Shown piece by piece: positions 55,461 to 64,000 of a stretch of DNA of 64,000 nucleotides. The stretch spans positions 146,940,001 through 147,004,000 of the forward strand of contig OZ024741.1 in assembly GCA_964016885.1 (NCBI GenBank), read 5' to 3'. The stretch is from Eledone cirrhosa. Lineage: Eukaryota. The stretch's first letter is position 1, and each line of letters opens with the position of its first letter. Made by a program: the position numbers and the translations under genes. Under the pieces are notes generated by a model. That model was not told the DNA's origin. It did not search any database and saw nothing but the letters and a program-made list of their open reading frames with translations.

Positions 55461-58400
55461 TAGCTGAGACAATAGCTCTTGGACGATGAGAACTCGGAGA
55501 CAATAGACGTGCTATCTCTATGCAGTGATCCAAAGGATGATATCACACCATGCGGCAGTATATGACGACTTAAATATATCCCAACCTAGGAGCACTAATG
55601 TATTTGAATATATTCTGTAATTGCTCCTATTAAAAAATGTTTCTATAACATAAAATTGAGGTATGTTCCTTATTCCTTGTTTGACTATGTGCCAGTAAAC
55701 AATATCCAATTAGACGGGATGACTGACGACCAACCCGCCTAAAATAGCTAGTATATAATTTGAATATATTTTGCTATAATAAAGAATCTAAAAAGCTAAC
55801 AAAACAAATAACAAAAAGAAAAAAATAATAATTTAAGCTGTAATTGAAATATTGATGATATTTAAAGCATTCTGTATATAATAATTTTTATCAATTTTTG
55901 TAATTCTTATCTTAAACATCGCTGAGAAAACCTATCTTTTGTGAAATTCTATGAATCCATTATATTGTCCTTATATGCTAAACAACCCTGTGACCTTATA
56001 TAGTTTCCCATTAAATAACATCTCTATATTATTTGGTTTTTTATTTTGTTTGTTTATTTATTTTTTTCTTTTGGTTTAGATACCCATTTCTAATAAACCT
56101 ATTTTCATTTCTTATGATATTTTAAGTCTAATTAAAATTAAGATGGTTTCATTTCAAATGTCGCTAATTCCCAGTATTTTAATCTTACTCATATCTTATT
56201 TCAAAATAATTTTCTCTCAAAAATTTACAATATATTAAAAGTAGATAATTTTTTATATATCCAAAATATTTTTAATATTTTCTTTCCGATTTTCAATATA
56301 TCTTTTGTTAGAGATATCAATATTCTAATTAAATAGTAAAATAGCAGACACAGAGGAATTGACTTCTGTCAACTCGCTGCTTTTTAAATTTGAATTCTAC
56401 TTGAATTTATTTTGACAGTGTTTGTTCCTCTTTCATGGTCAAATTTCTAATGAAATACACTGTATTTCAATTCATTAATAAATAATTTCGAGGGGTTTAC
56501 TAATATTATTAATTATTTTATTATTAAGAAGAAATTTGTAATATATCTGAAGAAAAGACTCTTATATCAAATTATGTTGGAAGATTTTTATTTAAATGGG
56601 AATGCTTTAAAATGGGTTGTTTTATTTCATTCAGACGCATGGAAGAGGTAGACATAGAAAGACATGGGATAAAGTAGAGGAAACCGACCTTAGGAAGCTG
56701 AATCTTGTGATAGAAATGACAAAGAATCATGAGTATTGGTGACATGCAGTACTGGGGAAGACTTGTTGCCAGCATAATGTGACCTGATCCATTCATAAAC
56801 CTCTCCACAATTGCTCCTTAGTAATTATTCACACCAACACTGCATACCCACCCCTTTTAAATCCTATCACATCAGTCATAACACTTTAGTAACTGTTGTT
56901 CTAACCAGTGTTCCACACTATTCAAGATCATCCACACAACACCCTGTCAAATTCCATCACATTTGTCATAAACCAATGCCCCCCCCCCCCCACACACACA
57001 TCACTTCTTTGAATCCCACCACACCTGTCAAACACCCATGACATTACACTTGCCATCCTCTCATCTCATCTATTGTTCCTTACCCAGGGCATACTTATGA
57101 CTCTTCTTACCTACATGCATCTTCTCCTCCACATAGGGTATAGAGAGCTCTTCAGTCAAATCAAGTCAAATAACCCAATAACCTCTCTAGTGATGGTCCC
57201 ATGATGTAGTGCACCTAACACACTTCATAACATAGTTGTTGTAGGAAGAGCATGTAGCTGTAGAAATCATGGCAAAATGGGTTAAGAGGCCCTCCTGTTA
57301 TGACACAGCACCCTCTCTTGTGCTGGTGCCATGAAAAATGTACCCAGTACATCCTGTAAAGTGGTTGGTGATGAAACTATGTCCAAAAGTGTTGAGAGTG
57401 CTCTTCAGTTATGTCAAGGGCATTAGTGTTGGTGACAATAAAATCATTCTGTAAAGTGGTTGGTAATAAGGAGGGCATTCAGCCATAGAAAACCTGCAAA
57501 CAGAGGATAGAGAGGACTCTTTGACTGTATTGAAGACATGACAACCTTCCTATTGCTGCTGCAAAAAATGAAATACAACTAGTCCACATTGTAGAATGCA
57601 AGAACACAAGTTACATGCAACACTCGACCAGTAACTTCAATTAAGTACAAACTTTGTCTATGATTTGTCAAACCCATGCTAGAAAGGAAAACTAATTAAA
57701 TAATATGAGAATGATATATGGAATGGGCCTCAGTCAGTTTCGATAACGAGTAATCCAATAATTTGATCAATGGTACAGCCTGCTTATAAAATTAACATGT
57801 AGATGGCCGAGCATTCCTCTTACATATGAACACCCTAACATAATTCTAATAGAAATTCAGCATGATACAGTATGAAACTAAACTGGCCCTTTGAATTATA
57901 AGTACTGTCCATCAGAAAGGCTTCCAAACAGTTTTTGCTTATCCCAATTTAACTCATAAAGCACAGGACAACGTGAGGCTATGGTATATGACATTTGCCC
58001 AAGATGTGACAGAATAGGCTCGAACCCAGGTCCTTATGATTGTGAAGAAAATATATTAACCATTTAGCCACACACACACATATTTTTATTTATGTATATA
58101 TATATATATGTGCCTACAAATACACACACATATATATTTGTGTCTGTATATATATAGATATATATTTGTTGCATATCTATATACATACATACATATATTC
58201 ATATATATATATATATATACACAAACACATACATATACACACACAATTATACATACACACATATACATACACATACACACACATATATATACACCCACAT
58301 ATATACATACACACACATATGTATACATATATTTACACACACACACAAATATATATATGTGTCCATGTGTTGTCTTCAGTGCTTCTCCACTTCATTTTAT

Positions 58401-58759
58401 TCATTTTTTATAATGTTGTTCACTTTAGAAGAGGACATTATTGTTTTTATGATAATTACTTTTCTGGGAATATGTTCTTAAACATAGGTACAGAACAGAC
58501 TATAAATTAAACTTTGTCTTATGTTATAATGAGTGCACATACAGACATATATATATAAAGGTATTTTTTTCTTTCTCTCTCTCACATATATACATAAATA
58601 TATATGTGAAATATATAGTTGTCTGTCATACAAAACCTAACAGAAAAACACTTGCCAAAACATAATGTTTGTCCAATATATAGCAGAGAACAATATGATA
58701 TAAATATTTTGTATTAAAATGATAATACCGCTCATGTAACTTACTGTATGTACTATGTA

Positions 58760-59660
58760 CGAGGATAGACTGAGAAGTTCATAGGCTGACTATGAGGGAG
58801 TGATACTAGGGTTGTGAAATCTTGCATGCATTAATTTCAACTCTTCCTATTAATAACTGCATTGTTTCTTTCCAGGTCAGCTAACACCTGACTGTTCAAA
58901 GACAACTTCAACAGTAACTAGTAGTGTCTTCTCTTGAAAATGGACACAATTTGGCATCGTGGTGTTATCAAGTGCCTGCAGTAAAATAGTTTAGTTCCCA
59001 AGGACATTCATGCTGACATGGTTGCTACATTAGGGGATGGTGTTCCAGATTTATCAAAAGTGAAAATGTGGGCAGCTGAATTTAGGAGGGGAAGGGAGAG
59101 TCTTGAACATGACCCAGGGTCTAGATGTCCTGCAACTGTCACCACTGAAGAAAACGTTGATCATGTTCACCACGTAGTGATGGATGACAGGCAATTGACT
59201 ATAAATCAAATAGCCAATACTATTAGCATATCCCATGAGAGAGTTAAGAATATTCTGCACAATTAACTTGGCGCGACGAAGGTTTCTGATCAAAAACACA
59301 CCAGGTTGATCACCATGGGAAAATCAGACAATGTTTGAGGCAGATCCAGCTGGTTTCTTTGAAGAGTTCCTAACGCAGGATAAGTGTTGGGTTCATCACT
59401 TTTAGCCATAGAGAAAGAGACAATCCATGCAGTGGAAACACCTCGTATCACCTGCTCCAAAGAAGGCCAAGGTCATTTCATCTGCAGGGAAGGTGATGAC
59501 TTGAGTTTAAGGGATGCAAAAGGCATTGTCTTCAAAAGGGCCACAACATAAATAGAAAGTACTATACCAGTACTATAAATAGAAAGTAAATAGAAAGTAC
59601 CATAAATAGAAAGTACTATATCTTATGAAGTCAGCGTATGAACTTTTCAGCTGATCCTCA
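58760..59660 (+). mobile_element. mariner element with both TIRs, internally deleted
   Basis: TA|CGAGGATAGACTGAGAAGTTCATAGGCTGAC vs GTCAGCGTATGAACTTTTCAGCTGATCCTCA. ORF has VKMWAAEFRRGRESLEHDP and DDRQLTI; later TQDKCWVHHF, QSMQWKH, SAGKVM. Confidence 0.92.
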
Positions 59661-62600
59661 TGTGTGTGTGTGTAAATGTGTGTATGTATGTATGTATGGA
59701 CCTGTAATTTCTGGTGGAGTCATAGAGATGCTGTAGTGATATTCAGTGAGTCTTGGGCATGTTAAACTTGGCAGAGCCCATCCTATCTTCAGGTCTTAAC
59801 ACAGCCAATTTCTACCAATGAAGACAAGAGGGAGGATGTAAGAAAGATTTATAGAGAAAGAATCAACCTGAGTACTGGACTGGTACTTTGTTATTGAGCT
59901 CAAAAGGATGAAAATCATAATTGACCTCAACAGGTTTTCTACTCAAAATGCAGAGAGCCAAAACAAATACTTTAAGATATTACATTTAATGTTCTAATGA
60001 CTGCTAATTTGCTGGCTGTAACTTGATAGGGAGATGTAATTCTAAACTGTAGATATAGGCATAGCTAAAAGGTTAAGATTTTTTTTTCACAATCATGAGG
60101 TCCCACTGTATGAAAATTTAGGCAAGTTTTTTTTTTAACATAGCTTTGTGTTAACACAAAGATTGTGAGTGAAATTGTGGTAGACAGTAACTGTATGAAA
60201 GCTTGTTGGTTAAATTGTCTCTCTATTTCAGAGGTCTAACCATGTTGTATATTGTGCTATGCTTATTCAGCTTTGAAATTACATGAAGTGTACATGTGTC
60301 TGTGGAACACTCCACTATTTATGTGTTAATTCACAAATTGGACATTCAGTTGACTGAATAACTAAATGCTCATTGGTGAAACCAAGTGAGGATACATCAT
60401 TCTAAACTTAATTTTCTTTCTATAACACCCACATACATCATCTTCACCTTAATAAAGCCCTGTCCACAGTGTGGTTCACCTTGAGGTAAAATTAAATTTC
60501 AAGTCTCTCTCTCACACATTGAGGTTCATTAAACCAGAGCTTTGGGCTACATTGGTATTAAATGACTGTGAGTACAAGACTACTCCTCAAACAGGGTTAC
60601 TATCCATTGCAGTTTAATTCTAAGCTGCTGGTTACTAATGATTTTTTTAAATTTCAGCTGAGTGGATTAGAACATGAAATGAAGTGTTTTGTGATGTCTA
60701 GTCCAGGATTTGAACTCACATCCTAATAACCATGAGGCCAACACCCTAACCTCTAGGCTATGTACCTTCCTCTTTGAGGTAACAGTATGGCATATATGGA
60801 ACACTGAATTTCTGGAACTTCTTTCACTAAACCCCTATGTATCATATCAGGCTGCTCTCTCTACAGACATGGCTATAAACAATTGTTTCTACTTTTGCAA
60901 CAAGGCCAGCAAATACCCAGTGTATTACTGGTACTTTATTTTATCGACCCCGTAAGGATGAAAGGCAAAGTTAACCTCGGCGGGATTTGAACTCAGAATG
61001 GCAAGGGCCGTAACTCTATGTGTCAAAGCATGACGTCCGACCCTCTGCCGATACTGCCAATCCATGGCTATAAACAATGATTACTATCAACAAACACAAA
61101 AGCCCTCACTTCTGCTTGGCTAATACCAAGACAGATCTAGCTTTAGGTCATGTCTAATACTACTGTCTCTAGTTCTGTTTCTTCTAAAACTACTACTACT
61201 ACCACCACCACCACCACTACTACTACTACCACCACCACCACCATGACAGCTACCACTAAAACCAATACCACTTCTACTACTGCTATTACAGTCTTGGTAA
61301 TGACCATTTCTGGTACTGTTTCTTCTAAAGCTACTACTAGTCATTAGAAAGGGACAAACTTTAACTCCAATAGTGAAACCCCTTCATTCACTTATAAAAG
61401 TAATCTTTTTGATATAAGCATCAGCTTCGCACTTGTATTTCCTTTCTTAATATTATAGGACCCCTGTGTCTAGACAAAATAAAACATTATTATTCAGATA
61501 GACTACATTGATTTTCTAACCACATGACTAAAACATAGTCAGATAGTTGCGATTTTTAGAAAACTTTACTTTTTGCTTTACTTTATCTTTTCCACTATAA
61601 ATTCTTCTTTTGACATAATTCTTAATTTTTTTTATATCCTCTTTTCAAGATGAATTTATAAGAAATAAAAATAGATATGAAATATATTTTTTTGCTTTAT
61701 TTGTTGGTTAGTTATATATGTGGAATGAGAATAAGATGTATATGAATGTATTATCAGAGCTCCAGTACCTGAGGTTATGGAATCATCTTCTATGGATGAC
61801 TGGTCAAATTTTATGATTTCTATGATAGAAATATGAATAAACAATGAGATAGGCCAATATATTTATTTTAAAAAAAAACATTTTTTCCTGATACTGTAGC
61901 AAAGATTTTAGTTTTTTTCTTGTTTTTTCCCTGTATAACAATTTCATGAGCCAGGAAATAATTCAACACAAAAATATATAGAAAATTCTTTTAAATTATA
62001 AGTAATTTATAATATTAAAACAAAATAAGAAGAAAAGCACTGCAAAGAAAACAAATGGAATTAAGATAAACTATTTTCATTTAAGTGGTTTGAAATTGTT
62101 ATTTTAGAATAATGTGAGAGTTTGATTTCAGCAGACCCATAATATGATTCATTTGACATTTTAGCTGCCATCACAAAAGTCATGTGACTTTGAGGTTATA
62201 AGTTCAATTCCCAGTGGCATATTATGTCCTTGAGCAAGACCCTTTATTTCATGTTGCTTTAATACACTCTGATGGAAAAAATGAGTTGTAACTATAATTG
62301 AAAGGGACAGCTTTGTCACACACTGTGGCACACTGAATTTCCTTCAGAATTACATTAACGGTGTTAGATATATTTGGAGAATCCTCAGTTATTTGTTCAT
62401 TAATTTCATGAGCAGATTGTTCCATTAATCAAACAATTGGGAAACTCAACATCAGAACCAATAGAGGTCCAACAACAATTGTTGCATGGCTTACATTGGG
62501 AAATGTTTCTCCAAGATTTAACATCTTAAGTACCAAACTGTCTGAAACCCTCATTGTTAAAGTGTTCATATTTAAATTCAAATTTTGGACTGAAATCCTA

Positions 62601-63037
62601 CAAGGAAAATAATGTTAGATTTCAATAGTTTATATTTGTCTTTTATTATGTTAGATATTAATTATTGCATTTAACTGTTCATAATAATTGATTATTTTGA
62701 TGATTAACCTTTTCAATGCCAACCACATGAGACTGCTGAGGATTCTATGATATATAATTTCTCATTTTACATTGATTATATTTAAATATAAAATTTCCTT
62801 CATAATTTTATGTGAGATCATTTTGTTGTGTTTCAAACACAGTTTTGGAATGCAATGGCAGTATACATTTTTGTTGAAAAGCTGGTAATAAAAGGGTGAA
62901 TTAATAAAATATGCAGCTGTTATGTGAAAGATTATATAGAGTTTGATTAGGGAGATTTAGTTGTTGCACTGTACAGAGTGAACAACTCAGTAGAACCTCC
63001 CTCATTGGTTCATATAGTTTATGTTCAGACATAATCA

Positions 63038-63575
63038 CTGCAGATCAACCATAGACTCTTTCGGCCTCCACCTGCTTTCCTGCCACTACAGTGCCGGTTG
63101 CCTTCTATAGCATGCTGCTCTCAACAAAGTCATAAAGCATGGATTGGATGCTGCAGGCTTACCCTCCCAGCTCAAGTCAGTGGGGCTGAACCAATGGGAT
63201 GGCAAAAGGACAGATGGCATGACCATCTTCTCATTCCGCAGTGGTAAACACCTCATCTGGGATGCTACATGAAGCGACACATTCTCCAGTGGCAACCTGG
63301 TGCAGTCTGCAACTAACTTAGACTCTGCTGCACTTCGGGTTAAGGAGGGTAAACTCTCCAAATATCAGTCACTCTCTGAGAGGTTTGCAGTCGAGCCCGT
63401 ACCAATGGAGACTTCTGATGTCCCTGGCCCTAGGGCCACCTCCCTACTCACCACCATCAACGCAGAGCTTGCTAGCTGCAGATGTGAGCCTCACAAGCTG
63501 GAATGGCTCTTCCAGTGCATCTCCCTCACTATCCAGCAGGGAAATGCCTTCTTTATTCTGTCAGCCGGGGCCGTG
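63038..63575 (+). mobile_element. CRE-clade retrotransposon 3' fragment (zinc knuckle and RLE)
   Basis: DSFGLHLLSC...HAALNKVI...DGKRTDGMTIF...LIWDAT...KLSKYQSL...PVPMETS...WLFQCISLTIQQGNA. Confidence 0.85.
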
Positions 63576-63734
63576 GGGCAGTCAGCACATGGGACCCCAT
63601 TTGCTCATAATAGTGAGAGATGGGGAGGGCAGGAGGGATCGAAGCAATGACAATGGGAGTTTTGTTCCTCTGTATTCAGAGATGGTGTACATGTGGTGTG
63701 TGTAATAAATAAAATTATGTATATTTATATGACT

Positions 63735-64000
63735 AAACTGGAGAAATGTGAAATAAAAGCAGTTTGGATTTGTGCCAGGTAAAAGCACCACAGATGCTCT
63801 CTTTCTTGTGAAGCAGATACCGGAGAAGTACCTAACTAAAAGTAAGCCACACTACCTGGCATTTGTTGATCTGGAGAAAGCCTTCATAGAAAACTAGGAA
63901 TAGATGAGTGGCTTGTGAATCCTGTACAAACCATGTATAGGGGAACAGTCAACAAAGTTAGGATTAACAGCAACTATTGTGAAGAATTTAGCATGCATGT
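63735..64000 (+). mobile_element. RTE RT fragment running off the window
   Basis: KQFGFVPGKSTTDALFLVKQIPEKYLTKSKPHYLAFVDLEKAF. Confidence 0.92.

Noticed and set aside
61120-61347. Thr/Ser-rich mucin-like ORF
   Set aside because: Built from (ACT)n/(ACC)n repeats and a short local duplication; no convincing splice sites or partner exons.

Overview
Eukaryotic, AT-rich, repeat-dominated DNA with no host protein-coding gene that I can support; it is intronic or intergenic. The repeat inventory (RTE LINEs with (GAT)n tails, tRNA-headed CORE-like and Meta/MESC-like SINEs, abundant (TA)n/(TATG)n) looks like an octopus genome; that is an inference from repeat content only. Nearly all long ORFs are decayed retrotransposon ORFs (RTE, Tx1/L1, CRE, R4/Dong) or translations of microsatellites. 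DNA transposons include mariner, piggyBac, a pogo-like element and a non-autonomous Helitron. The most notable signal is a set of small fold-back elements sitting in (TA)n tracts (about 4.7k, 4.9k, 7.6k, 8.0k, 12.3k, 19.5k, 35.7k). Three minimal type I hammerhead ribozymes with intact cores occur in them (8124-8167 minus; 35849-35893 minus; 36026-36070 plus), and one family carries a tRNA-like gene with its own Pol III terminator. Together these suggest non-autonomous Penelope-like/retrozyme-type elements that target TA. All identities and structures were read by eye and most element boundaries are approximate.
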